A DNA stretch of 64,000 bases from contig NC_092350.1 of assembly GCF_963676685.1 (NCBI RefSeq), positions 25,668,001-25,732,000 of the forward strand. Direction: 5' to 3'. Source of the stretch: Mytilus edulis (lineage: Eukaryota). Under the pieces are notes generated by a model that saw nothing but the letters and a program-made list of their open reading frames with translations, was not told the origin of the DNA and made no database searches. How positions within the stretch are numbered: the stretch's first letter is position 1; every line of letters starts with the position of its first letter. Shown piece by piece: positions 1 through 14,334 of the stretch. Both the position numbers and the translations under genes were made by a program.

Positions 1-399
1 ACATTCTTCCTTTTGTCTATATTATTATGATATTCTCATGGAAAGAGCTCTTTTTGAATAAAAGGGATCAACGAACCCAATATTACCTTTAAGATAGATC
101 AGTAAACATGGGCATAATTATGGGTGATTATTCAGACTAGTGCACACATTTGACAGTTCAAACAAGGCAATGCCGAGCGTGGCATCCCCTCGTATGTAAC
201 ATATTGGGGACAAATATGGACCGTGCACTATATTTGTATATGACACATGCAGAAAATGGTAAATTGAATATGCATATATTTATAAACTATTTTTTTAGAA
301 ATCAATCAAAACATTCAGTAACTGGAAAATTAATACCTTTAATATTGTCTTTAGAACCAGCAGGTAAAAAAAAATGAGCAACCAATTTCCTGTGTATTA

Positions 400-695
400 T
401 GCTATTTCAAGGAGAAAAAACAAGTCCATCTGCATGACCTTGACCTTTGGCCTTGAACGTAAAAATGTCAGATCATTACAAGGAGGAACATATACCAAAT
501 GTGGTTAAAATCTTTTGAAGCATATTGGTTTTAGAGTGTCCACAAGGGTGATATTGCTTGAACTTTAAAGTCAATAGCGCTTAAGATATTCTTAACGAGT
601 AACACCATACAAAGTTTTGATCATTTTGGTTCTAGAGTGTCTATAACAATTTCATCTACACGTAACTTACACGTAGAAGCCGAGGGGATAATAAA
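400..695 (+). mobile_element. Fragment of a non-autonomous Helentron/HINE-type element
   Basis: TGACCTTGACCTTTG core motif at ~436 and a 3' end GTAGAAGCCGAGGGGATAATAA resembling half of the terminal stem-loop of such elements. Confidence 0.4.
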
Positions 696-759
696 CTAAG
701 TTTTATAAGAATTAGACAAACAGATCGATTTCCCGTCATGCATGGCAGACTTGTACAGA

Positions 760-1115
760 AACGATATGTTGTCGAAATTCTGTTCGTATCTTTTAGACAT
801 CGTATGGCCATCGCACCATCATCGTAATCCATCGTTTAGCCTTCGTAATCCATCGTTTAGCCTTCGTGATTCATCGTGTAGGCTTCGGCTGAGATATGAA
901 GCTTAAATACCCGTCTTCGGTTTACCTTCGTATGTCCATCTTTTGCTATCGTATATAATTTCGGCACCATCGTATAGACTTCGTTATTCATCGTACTTGC
1001 TTCGGTCACTTTTTGGTATTTTAACGAGATCGGGACCAACTTCGTACGAACTTACAATTTTCGCATTCGGGTGTCCATCGTATATAAAAATCGGGACAGT
1101 GTGACGCGGGCATAA
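760..1115. mobile_element. One end of a MITE-like DNA transposon with CATCGT subrepeats
   Basis: Many CATCGT/CTTCGT subrepeats, a direct duplication at 821-866, and a TIR-like end GGGACAGTGTGACGCGGGCATAA; no partner TIR found. Confidence 0.4.
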
Positions 1116-4100
1116 TCAAATGGCAAAATCAAAAGCTCAAACATATCAAACGACTGGATAACAACTGTCCTACTCCTGACTTGGTACAGGCATTGATAAA
1201 TGATTATCAATAAAATAAAATATGGGGAAAAAATTAAATTGCGGCAAATAGTTGTATTTCTATTGAGTTTATGACACTTTTCTTTTTACATCATCTCAAA
1301 ATTGAGAAAACTCACATTTCATACTTTTCTATTGGTTAACATGGGAACGCAGTGCGCTATTGCTCACATCGAACATCAGGCTATAAAGGGCCATACAATG
1401 ACTATTATAAAACAATTCAAACAGAAAAACAGTTTTATCTACAAGTATATAAAACACCAGAAACGAAAAAACACTCATAAACCACATCAACAAGCGACAA
1501 CCAGTGAACAACAGGTGCATCTGTAGTTTGCTATCATGAGTACGTTATTCGGTATAAATTGTCCCAAGAGTCCGATATGAGCAATCCCTTTTTCAGCCTC
1601 TTGTTACAATGTTGTTAGGTATATCAACAAACTCCATACAGCGTTATCGTTCGGGTCATACTTCCCTTTATTTACAAAAAAGAAGCGTAGCCAGATGTCA
1701 CCACTGTTTCGGAGTTTGGTATATCAGAAGTGGAATTTATTCATAATCTAAAAAAGATCTAGGTCATAAGGTTTAGAACAAAATGCATTGAAACATATGT
1801 TCAAATTTTTTTGTAAGACACCTTGTCAATACGTGAACAGATCAAGTTCGTTTTTAGGAAGCACAACTTTCTTATTTTTGGAACAACGATAACCCGGTTA
1901 ATGGATACATGACGTGTTTTCATTCAATGTGTCTACAAATGGTATCTATTAAAAATGTTGAAATAGAATATATATGGAAATTCCGTTATTGATGTTAATA
2001 GAGTCAATAGACAATTATCAGTTTACGTTATAATTAACCAAAAAAAGGAATATACCAACGTAGTTTAATTGTTTGTTAAGAAAGCTGATATGTTAGAATT
2101 ACAAAACAAAATTTATGTTGTCAAGTTGAGAGTCAAATTTTATTTTTCCCATGTGTGTTTGTCTTTCACATCACAATAAACTAGGATATAAATTGAATAC
2201 GTTATCATATAACACCTGTATAATTTCTAAAGAAAATATGTCTCATAAAATAACCAGTTTCAATCCCTTTTACCACAAATAAAGGACGAATAATGTCTTT
2301 CATATTTTCATAAAACAATACACGAATTCCTTAGATTCGACGGTTAACGTATATCGCGTTTTGAAATTTAAATGAATTAAACTATTTTACAGAAATAAAT
2401 AAAGATAACCGCAGTATACTGTGGTTCAAAATTCATAAATCGATTGAGAGAAAACAAATCTGGGATACTAACCAAACCCGAGGGCAACACATCAACTACA
2501 AGAGTAAAACAATGGAACAACAGAAACAAACCAAACAAAACGCCAACTTACATAGAGAAACAATATATTTTTATTACAAAAGCTTTATTCCTGACTTAGT
2601 ACGGGACATTTTCAGACAAAATGGTTGATTGAAGCTGTTTTCATGGCTAGCCAAACCTTCCACTTACTGGCAATGTTTTTAATACGGCTAAAATTGCAAC
2701 ATTACATGACTTGAATACAGTATAAATAAATGCAAGGACACTCAGGACATAGACATACATAAACAAATAATATAATAGTATATTTCGACATGTTGACCAA
2801 AGAATAACAACGAACACCTAAAATTAATTGACGACAGTACACAAACACAGCATAATAGAATTGCGAACTGTGCGTTACACAAATGTAACAACGCCACAAA
2901 AATATTATGCACAGATAATTTCTTATAATTCAATATACATAGTTTTCTATGTTGTGTCTTGTATACTATTGTTTGTCTGTTTGTCTTTTTCTTTTTAGCC
3001 ATGACGTTGTCAGTTCAGTTTCGATCTATGAGTTTAAATGCCCCTCTGGTATCTTTCGACCCTCTTTTACAAGAATAGTAATAAAGAATTGTGTAAGTAC
3101 TGATATAATCAATTGTATTATCTCGGGTTTTCTTCTAAATCAAACTTTGCAAAATAAATAAATCCTATGCCTATAGTTGCTTTTAACTATATATTATATA
3201 AATGCACTAGGTGATTAATTATCTTTACTTTTACTTTAACATACGAGTAGGGGAAAAATCAAACTTCAAACGATAAGACAAAAAACAATATCCTATCAGA
3301 ATAACAAATAAAACATCATAGCTAAATACATGAATATTGGATGTACAAATACAGAGACACGTCTAATAGCACACTCAGCAAATATATAGTCATATTCGAG
3401 GTCACGCTCGGTATTTTAAAAGCCAGACGACGTAGATGGTAAACCACAACCTGAGACGTGATAAAAATGTCGTTATTTAGTTGAGACACAGACACATCGT
3501 ATAGATCAACCAATTCGTGATGGTGTCCATAAAATTAACAAACTGTCATTTCTAATCTTTCCTCCTCATTACTTTGTTTGAGCTGTGTCTACGGAAGGAG
3601 CACACTCCTGCATATGTAGTCCGTATAGTGTGCACCAGTATAACGTATCAACTTAGATTTGTAAATACTGTTCGATGGGGCAGCGGTTATGTTACTGCTG
3701 AGAAATGGGAAATTTGTAATTGGGAAGTTCGAACAAACTGTTTGAGAATCTGCAACTGCAAGAATTTTTGCAGTCACTTTGTTTTTAAATCCACAAAGAT
3801 GACATAAAGATACGTCAATCATAAGTATACTATAATTAGAGACACAAACCTTTTACAACGAGTATAATATGCTGAGTGACGGCCGGCGAAGGACAATAAG
3901 CAATAGCATATATATTCATTGCCATGGTCAGTTTATTTTCTATCTGTTAGTGTTGATTGTGTCTCTGGTATCTTTCGCCTCCCTTTCATTGACAGAGTAT
4001 TCAATCAGCAATATGGATTTTTCTTATTGTTGAGTACCATATGGTGAACGCCATTAGGTCTCTGGTGGAAAGTCGTCTCTTTGGCAAAAATACCACATCT

Positions 4101-7100
4101 CCTAATCTTTATGTACATGTAGCCTAATCGAGCTATATACGAACCTGAAATGAAACCCGAGATTTCCTGTACGGACGATAAAAAGGGGAATACCATTGCA
4201 ATTGCAGTGCAAAGATAAAATGTAAGTCTCGAAACAATTTGGCATTTACGAAAATGACAATTTCATCCCCTACGTTATGTTTATCAGTAACATATATCTT
4301 TTATATACAGATTGACATCCATAAATTTGTTTATTCGTTTATGGCATACACCTGTCAAAGGCAGAATGGATAAGATCATACTATATTTATAGGTATTTCA
4401 TATAAATTACATGTAATATATAATGAAAATCGACATTTGTCCCTGATAAATTTTTTTATTCTAGGCAAAAGATACTTATGAGTAAATTCTTTTTTTTTAA
4501 ATAGTTCTATTCTTAATGATAGACTGTTTATACTCATTCCGTTGAAAAAACTTATATCCAAATCATGCAAATAAGGTTCAAAATGCGAAAAAATAATATA
4601 CCACGCTGACTATCAGATCTCTTGAAACAAACTGTCGTTTAGTACATACTTCGCTAATGGCGATGCTCTCCATAAACTATGCGAGTGTCTTAGAAGTAAA
4701 AATATCAACTCAACCAGCCAAGAGACCAAACATAACAGTCAAATCGTATTAATGGTTCTGTAATGAATAGTAAACAAAAACTGCAAAAGATGCGAACATG
4801 ACAACAGTTTTGCATGCTGGGTTTGTTATATTTTTTGTTGAAATCTTAATAAAAGTTTTAGAGTCCTCACTTAAGATTTTTTTTTTAAATTGCATGATTG
4901 AATATAATTAAGATCGTAAAAAAATAAAAAGCTGCGATACTGCGACCTTTAAATACCAATAGAAACAGGAAGCTGGAATGGATTCCTATTTATGAAAGAC
5001 AGTGTTATATCCGCTACTTGTAAATTGGAAATGAGTTTCACTATCTGTTTGAGTCCCAGCCTGTTATGGTTAAAAAATATAAGAAATATGCATATTTCAG
5101 AATAGTACCACAGGTATCCACGTGTTGGACGCAATGTTTAAGTTATGAAGAACTTGTAATTTTTCATTAACAAATTAGTTAGTCTGACGTGTATGATATT
5201 GTTTACATTGTTCTGTAGCATTTATACAAATGATAATGTATTTTGCTTCTTTTTCACATGTATATATGTATATGTGTTTGAGTGTTTAAAAATAAACTAC
5301 AGTGTTATTGTTGTTATTGTGAAAATTTCAGATTGAAGAGTGTTTAAACTCATGTTAAATAATTTATTAACACTAATAATTGATACTTCAAAAATGTTCT
5401 CAAAAAGTTATTAAAATCTAAAACTTTATCTAGATTAGTAGATTAACAAAACGTTCATAAAAGAGATACAATAAAACCAGAACAGTAAATGGATTTTACT
5501 CTAAAATGTCAAAATAATGGCTACAAAAGAACTGTCCTAATTTTCCTCTATTCTTCTCTCACATGATCAAAATCGAATCTATTTTCAAAATTAAGACATT
5601 TGAATGTTACATATTGGTCAATTTATTTATGAGTGTTTTACAACACTTCATCACTATTTTCTTTTATGACCATCAGTTTTGAATGCCGGAGGAGGCCAAA
5701 GTGTAATGAGAGAAGGGCTCCTTTGATATTCGGGTTAAGAGTCTTGATATCATACTTCAACGATTCGTTATTACTACCAAGTCCTCTTTGAATGTTCCAT
5801 GTTAATAGTTTTTATGTTACGCTTGAAAGATTATCAAATATTTCATAGTATTTCCATTGTGTTCGAGATAAGGATGTTGTGCGTTATGTAATATCTTTAA
5901 ACAAACAAATAAAGCAATGTAAACCGGTTTTGTCTATTTTCATAACTCACAGTATTGACAAAAATTGAAGGTCAATTTTAAAAGTATAAATTCATGCATC
6001 TGCGACGATTTCAACAGTGTTGTTTTGTGAAGGATGTTAGTCGTATATATAGAAACATGGATATACAGATTTTGGTTTGCTTATTTTTGATGTATAATTT
6101 GAGGGTCATCTCATTATGTAAGTATTATTATATTATTTTATTTTCTTGGTCAATAAATGATCGATTTGATTTCTGTGTTTTTTTAAGTGAAATTCGCCGA
6201 ACAATATTTTTTTTTATTATTCTTTGGTCGGGTTGTTATCTCTTTGACACATTCCCCATTTTCATTCTCTATTTTATTACATTTCAAATAAAATGCAGAT
6301 TCTTGCTAAAATTAGATTATCGCCTGTTTTCATTTGATCTACTATATTTTCGAAAGAGATCTCGTCCACATTTTGAATCTTAAAGCTTTTAATTCTATAA
6401 AGTTGTCTTGTTTTAATTCGGCATTTGTCAATTCATGCAAAATTAAAGCGTATGGCCGTATCAAAATATTCTTCTTTCACCCAATAACAAGTAAACACTA
6501 ACTATAAATACATATGGGTTTAGTCCAACTATGAACAGCAAGTGAACTTCATTACCACACATATTTGAAAGTTAACTTTGTTTCCTACTTTGTTTCCTCG
6601 ACACGAAGTTAACTTCCGACCAGAACCGCGTTCTGTCAATTGATAACAAAAACTTTTTTAACCCTTCAAAGTTGCCCGATGTTTAGTACATGTAACACTT
6701 TGATTGGAATGAAAAATATCTTCCAGATTTACCTTTTAAAAATCAAAAGTATTGGAACAAACTGTTAAAAGACAACCAGCTTATACGTACATATATGACA
6801 AAGCGCATTCAAATTAAAAAAAAAAGTTTATTTTGAAAGAAAAGGCCAAGTGTCAACCGTTTTAAAATTTAACAGTCCTTTTCACTTGAAGGTTTAAAAA
6901 CTTTATATAGAAACATATTTGATGGTATTTTAATTTTGTAATTCAGACGAAAGTTTTATAAAATATAACAATACAGTACATAATGTAATTATATTGACTA
7001 ATGAAAGTGCTCTCTATTAAAGAAAATAATTGCATATACATGTAACGAACTGGTGAATACAAATATAAATAAAGCAGCAATATGGATTCCACTTTGGAAC

Positions 7101-7181
7101 ATAACAATGTATTATGTCAGAATGGTTTGTATGAAAAAACTGTTTATCCACATCAATCACACTTTGTAATTGTTCTTTGTA

Positions 7182-7852
7182 GGGTTTTATTCTCGATTGT
7201 CCCACTTTTTCAAATTTTAGAGTTCTGAATGTCCCACATGAAAAGTTCTAATTATCCCACATTATTTTTTTATTTGAAATGTTCTTAAATAAACAGTAGA
7301 CTTTGTGTTTATTGTGTTAAAATAACAAGAGTTAATTATTACCTTTTCAAAGTATTATCTTTGGATTATATCCATTTTATTAATGTATTTTGTATTCTTT
7401 ATTGTTGAACCTTCTACAATAATTGTGATTTATACTATTAATTGTGTTCTAAAATGCTTGATTGAAACCGTTTATCATACATTAATGAAGAATGAGTAGT
7501 GCTTGATATCTGATATTTTATGACTTTACATTATATTCTATGTTTGCTGCTTTTTCATATTAATATGTGCAAAATAAAATATTTTTTAATAATTATTTTA
7601 TGTTCTTTTTTTCATATTTTACAAGAAAATGATTAATTACCTGTAATTACCTTCTTTACACTATAAAACAGATTAATCACAATCAAAACAATTCCCGATT
7701 GTCCCACAATTAAAAGAGGGACGAAAGATACCAAAGGGACAGGGGGAATTAAACTTCCCAATTGTCCCACAAACATCTTCCCGATTGTCCCACAAAATTT
7801 CACTACATTTTTACCTGTAATTTCAAAAAGTGGGACAATCGAGAAGACACCC
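7182..7852. mobile_element. Non-autonomous TIR DNA transposon (MITE)
   Basis: TIRs GGGTTTTATTCTCGATTGTCCCACTTTT / AAAAGTGGGACAATCGAGAAGACACCC; both ends flanked by TTTGTA (7176-7181, 7853-7858); repeated subterminal ATTGTCCCAC motifs. Confidence 0.8.
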
Positions 7853-10277
7853 TTTGTAGAATATAATCGACAGCAATACTGGTACAAAATGACTACTTCT
7901 AGTCCTAACTCAAAGTGTCATATTTTTCTTTTTATTCCAAATACTGAACCGGCATCCAAATCAGTAGTCTTCACTTATTAGGGTTGTTTGATAAACATAT
8001 AATTTTTCGGCATAAATTAACCGTGGCCATATTTGTACTTCATAATAAACAGTTTATGATGGTAGTATAGTTACCTTGATTGTTTCTTTCTCATCGATTT
8101 ACGAGATTTAAACATTAATTGACTACTTTTGCTTCAACTTTCAATTCTTCGTTACGTAATGATTGAATTTTATAATATATAAGATAGCAATAGTGATATT
8201 AAATGACTAAAAAAATCTCTCATCTAAAATTACGAATGCCAACATTTTTTTATTTTTTCCAAATACTGCACCAGCATTGAAATTCAGTTGGTTTCATTTG
8301 ATAAACTCGGCCTATATGTCAAACCTTTTGAATTTGAAGTTCTCTATGCTCTTCAACTTCGTTCTTGCTTCGGCCTTTTAACTTTTATAATTCGAGCGAC
8401 ACCAGTGCGTTCTTTTGTAGACGTGATGCGCATCTGTCGTACAATATTATGAGGGTTCGGATGGGGTTAAATGATTAAAGAATAATGCCCAAAAAAAAAG
8501 AAGATTAGAGAAATGCGTTGTCTAATTTTTTGAAAATTAGAGAAAAAAGGGGTTAATTTTTTGAAGATTAGAGAAAAAGGGCTGAAAATTAAACTTTAAT
8601 GAGTTTGGTTTTTTTCAAAAGTCAAGATGGTTTGTATATTTTGTCGAAACTTGTGAACCATATGAGGTGTATTTTTGGTTAGAAATTGATGGCCTCTTTG
8701 CAACTTGTGCCGCGTTGATCTATCATAAACACTCTGGTTACATTAGTTGGCAACGTATCAAATCAGACACATGATATTGATGGATCGTTTGTAATGACCA
8801 TTTCAAACAGTCATGTCTCTAAACACTGACATTTTTATAACATTCTTTAAAGTTATAATCAAACCAAGTGTTTATATGTACTAAACAACAGGACTAGGTA
8901 TACATTTCGATCCCTTTACAATGAATTGCAACCAAAGACAGCCATCAAACCAAGTCAAAGACTTGATTTTGTGGCTACGTCTTACCTGTATTATAAATCA
9001 CATATCAACTGATAAAATCATTTTTTTTCTGAAATAGAATCAATTTTAATTGACATTTATTAACTCAATGTTGATAACTGAATTCAGCTTTAAAGGTTTC
9101 TTAAAAAGTTTGATATAAAAATAAAAAAATGAGCTATTATTGCCAATGAGTCGACATCTTATTATTGAGGTTGTTCATATGAGGTACGTCTTCTTTTCGC
9201 GCGTCAATCCTAATTAACCCAAGGTACAACTTCATGTTCAGGGACAGGATCAGATTTTGGAACATATGCTTTATTCATGTTACAAATTTTTAACCTTTAC
9301 TTAACAGGAAATTTGCACTTTACCTCGGAAGAAGGGCAAAACTGACATCTCCATGGCCAAAAAAAGACAAACAATACTAGTATTACTACACAAAACACAA
9401 AATTGAAAACTAAAGACTAAGCAACACGTAAACTTCCAAAAACTTGAGGTGATCTCAGATGCTCCGGAAGTGTAAGCCAATCCTGCTCCACATGTGGCAC
9501 CCGTCGTGTTGCTCAGGTAGCAAACACACTTAGGAGTTAGTTAGTTATCCATTCGTTTGATGTGTTTGAACTTTTGATTTTGCCATTTGATTGGGGACTT
9601 TCCTTTTTGAATTTTCCTTGGAGTTCAGTATTTTTGTGATTTTACTTTTTAAGAGTTTAGTTTCGCATTTTGGCCCTTGTGGATTTTTCAAATAGGAAAC
9701 TTATTGTGTAATAAAATTAATTTTTAGACAGCTGTGTGCTAATTTAGCCTTCAAAGATGGTTTATAACAGCATTAAGATTATTTTTTACATGTTTTATTG
9801 ACTGTTTTCTGTTTGACAATCCGTATTTTCATATTTTTCACCGGCAATCGCTCCAGAAATTAATGTAATGTTTACAAACACTTTTTTTTTACACGAAGTT
9901 TTTGAAAAATGAGACGAAAGACATATGATTTTCATTGGATTTGCTGAATGATATATGTACACAGTTTCAGAAAAGGTATTACTTCAAGCGATTGAAATTC
10001 TACTTTAAGTCAAATTTTGGGGAAATATTTGACATCTTTTCTCCCCTTTTAGCAATATTTTATAACAAATAAATGCAGATTGTTGCCATGGATACACCCA
10101 AAAGAAATTATATTTTACCATTTTATATACTGGATATAAAATCTATAAAGGATTCTGATTACATACATATGCCCATATATGACACAAACAGTAAGCTTGA
10201 TATTGCAAAAAAGCAATGAAAAGGGGATGGTAAAATTTATAAGGGCAAATTTTAATATTTTTCCTAACTGTTTATTG

Positions 10278-12075
10278 CTACCTCATGTTAGTACAAACCC
10301 GGTAACATGTGTAATTCGGTAAAGGAACGGGATTGTAGTTACAACTTTGGGAACACATCCGCTGGAATCTGTGAAACGGATATTCCATAACGGTCACCAA
10401 ACTCGTGGTAGCGTCCGTAAAATTTACGAAAGGTGATTTCAACTTCACCAGTAGAAATTCTTGATTTAAAAGCTTCTTTGTGATCAGCAACCCTCTATCA
10501 AGGAAATCATGATAGGAAATACAAAGCCGTGAATATCGTATTAATTGGGAGATATGTTCTCCGTATGAAGGGGCTGCTGGAATGTTGCTACATAGAAATG
10601 TAAAATTAACAATTAGGAAGCTAAAATCATCTTTTTTGTCGTTTTGTTTTCAACCGACACTCAATTTCTAGATGTAAGTCAAGATATGAGGCAGACTAAA
10701 CTGTTTCGTATGTATCCTAATATTGTTAATATTTTATTTTACTTTTATATATCCATGTTTACTATGGGTACACTACTGCCAAAGGTTTGTCTGTTATTCG
10801 CAGCTAGATTGGATCTTATTTAATATGAACTTCAGGGCTAACTGTATTTGTCAATCTCATTGATAATAATAATAATTATAAATATATAAAAATAAAAAAA
10901 ATAAAAAATGTATAGATATATATAACTATATATATATCACATATTGATGTTTTTGGGGTTTTTTTTTTATGATTTTCTTTTGTTTAACATAATCATTGTA
11001 ATCATTGTAATCAAATGTACATTTAAATTTATCTTGATTATTCTGCTTGTAATGGGCGTCTTTAATTGACAATAAAAATATTGAATTGAATTGAATTTAT
11101 CTCAATAATGATGGAATATTGGTTCTCATGGGAATGACAATAGTTTGTTGAAAAACACGTCCTCCAAAAGTAACAGTGATGGAAGATCCAGTTCTTCATT
11201 TCAGGTTGAAATTCCAACGGAACATATAACAGACCTATATTTATCAAGGATTTCCTCTTCTCTAGTGTCGTGGGTTATATGTTGAGTTTCAATGTGATTT
11301 GTCAATATCTTATTCATTTATCAAGCAGTTAATGTAATGTGATTTACACAACAAAAACGATAGCGTTATATATGTGGGGTCAACAACTTGTTTGTTATGG
11401 AGGTAGGAGGTAGCAGTGTGCAGTCAGGAGGTTTGGACCTGAAGTCGTCAATATTGTGATCCTGCAATAGGTGTTTGGAATTGAACATTTTATTTGCAAT
11501 TGGTTTTGTTTTGGTAAAAGAAATGATTGATACAGACTGAGGTATTTTCGATTATTTATGATGAACGATATTGGCCAAGTTGACGGCATCGAGACCATTG
11601 TTGGCAAAGGAAAATTTAAGAAAGGATATTTTTTTTTTATTATATTTTCCAATACGAACTAGTTTGAAACGTTTGAGAATTGCAATATCTGAGATAATAC
11701 TGTAAGTTTGTATTGGTTTGAATGAGGGTTTGTAACAGTGGTTTCCAAACATAAGTTGGAAAAAGAATGAAGTCTTGAAAGGGGTTATGAATAAAGTTTC
11801 ATGCGAATGTGATGAATACATAACGGGTTTTGTATAAATGGCAGCAGGTCATTACTAAAGACATCATGGAGAGTTGGGGATGTATAATGACGATACCCAT
11901 GATTACTTTTACGTCGACCCGTAGAGTCGAAAATATTCATCACTTTTACCGAGCTAAAGGAAGGACTAGATAGATTACCTATACCATCAATTTCGTAATT
12001 GCAACCAGAAGGTGTCGCAGTTCCCAAGTGTCTAAGGAGAGGCGTTGCAGGATGAAGATTGTTAGACCTTGTTAA
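10278..12075 (-). pseudogene. Decayed, internally deleted Penelope-like (Naiad-type) retroelement, same family as 19364-22086
   Basis: Minus-strand ORF fragments GTATPSGCNYEIDGIG (11785-12027) and LITKKLLNQEFLLVKLKS (10278-10490) match the 19436-21776 ORFs; many frameshifts; matching 3' UTR piece at ~9350-9515. Confidence 0.85.
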
Positions 12076-13424
12076 AAATCATATATTAATGAATTTTAAA
12101 GCTTAAAGAAAAACACTCACCTGAAAACAACTTAGTTACCGAATTAGACTTACCAGCTATGCTTACCTCTCCAGAGCTTCTGAATTCATCCTGGTTTATT
12201 ATGACCGTTCGATATCTTCAATCTTTAGTTTTCTGTGTTGCGTTTTGTGTTCTGTTGTTATCGTTGAATGAAAATAAAATTGAGCAGGGACATGATAGAA
12301 AGTATGACTAAGGTCCACGATGCCACTTAATCCATATTCTAGTACGTTTGAAAATTATTGAAAGATGAACATGTCAAACCATAAATACTTCACTGTTCGT
12401 CTTGAGAAAACAAAATGTATTTCAAATGCAATGAAAAAATTAACTGTATGATAATTGAATTTTATATTTTTATAGTGTTGCAACTTTCAAATATAAATCC
12501 TTAAATAAAATCGTATTTATTGTTCGACCATCTAGATAAGAAAAGAGTATTTGCATGATCATGGAAGGTCGATTCAAACTCATTAGATTAATATGTAGTT
12601 CTTCTTAAGTAACCAAAATCTTGTGAAACCTGCATGGCGCTTAAAAGCAATGGTGATGTCTTTATCAAAAATAACAACAGATATTGATAAATTTGAAAAA
12701 TCGAGACAATTGGTTGTTACCAAACGTGACTTATTTCCGATTGTGACTGTTTTGCTGAGTGTGAATTCGAAATGCTGTAAGACGTGTCACGGTATTTTGT
12801 TATCTAAAATTCCTGTATTTAGTTTTGATGTTATATTGTTTATTCTCATCGGATATTGTCAAATGTCTTATTGTTTGTAGTTGTAAATCTGATTTTTTTC
12901 TGTTCTATTCGTGTGTTTGGGTAAAGATAATTAATCATTCAGATCATTTTTAAGATTTTAGTTTGGGTCAACTAAACTTACACGATGCATTTAGTTTACA
13001 GTTTCATTTAGAAGAAATACCAACATACATGTAGCTAGATAAAACAATTAAATATCTTATTACTACAACAATTTTATGTTAATAAGTATTGTAATTGTCA
13101 TTGTTATTAATACATGTAACATCAGTATTACAAACCTAATCTTGAACTCTATACTATTTTTTGGAAATATTTTGAAATTTAATTGTGACGTCACGTTTGT
13201 GCGTCGATGTATTCGGCTAACATATAATACGTTGTTCAGCTGTGCTGTTGGTTTTTTTTGCTGATTTAGGTTGTTTTACGTACTGGTTTTTATTCTGTGG
13301 TTAGTCAACACTTTAGTGTTAACATTTATATCAATTATATATTCATTTTTATAAATTAAATGTTTGCATAAGTATGAATTATTCTAAATACTGAGGATTT
13401 TCGTATCCAAGGCAGATTAACTTA

Positions 13425-13643
13425 GGCAGCAACCATTTGATTTTGGGGGGGGGGGCTTTGGGTTTTTTTGGAAAAAAAAAGTTTGTTTCCAGTTTTTGGA
13501 GAAAAAAATAATTTGTTTTTGAATCTGAGAAAAAAAAATTCTTTGTTTCACCCTCAGCTGAAAAAATAGATTGTTTTTCGCCGCAGTTTGCACAGAAAAA
13601 AAAACCATAGCCCCCCCCCCCAGAAAATCAAATAGTTGCTGCC
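13425..13643. mobile_element. PIF/Harbinger-type MITE inserted in a hammerhead-family repeat
   Basis: TIRs GGCAGCAACCATTTGATTTT / AAAATCAAATAGTTGCTGCC; TTA on both flanks; the uninterrupted host site is visible at ~18161 (AGATTACCTTAACCGTATTTGGC). Confidence 0.8.
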
Positions 13644-14334
13644 TTAGCCGTATTTGGCACATTTCGGTCATCAGAGCTTTTATCTTTGTTTGGCTTTCAT
13701 TGCTATTTTGACGGACGACTACGCGTCTGGCGTATTAAGTTATAAGCCTGTTATCTTCAATAACTATTACCTTGTCGTAATGTTCCATTTGTATTGTTTA
13801 TTTGTGTGTTTCTCTGTTCTGCATGTTCTGCCATTTATTTGTACTGTAGTCCTAGCATGTAATGTTGTCATTTTAATATGTTCAACATAGCCATAAAAGC
13901 GGGAGGCAAGCCACAACACCAGTAAACCCACCATTTTTTCTTAAAATATCCTGTACCAAATTATGAAAATTTCCATTTTTATATTATAGTTCGTTTCTGT
14001 GTGTATTGCATTTTAGTGTTTCTGTTGTGTCGTTGTTCTCCTCTTATATTTGATGTGTTTCCCTCAGTTTTAGTTTGTAGCCCGGATTTTTTTTTCCTCA
14101 ATCGATTTATGAATTTCGAACAGCGGTATACTACTGTTATCTTTATTTGTACATATTTTAGTTCTAGTAGTTAAAAATATCTTCCAAATTTGTCTAATAA
14201 AACTTTCTTTTTATACCTGGTTTGTGCGTTACTACTCGACTACCTCCACTCAATGCTTAAAGGAACTGATAGTTTACAAACCTCGGAAGTTGTAGCAGCA
14301 CTTGGCCTTTTATAATTGAATGAATTTGTTTCAG

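Noticed and set aside
150-10200. Short ORFs in the first 10 kb
   Set aside because: Low-complexity or repeat-derived; no protein motifs and no phase-consistent exon chain found
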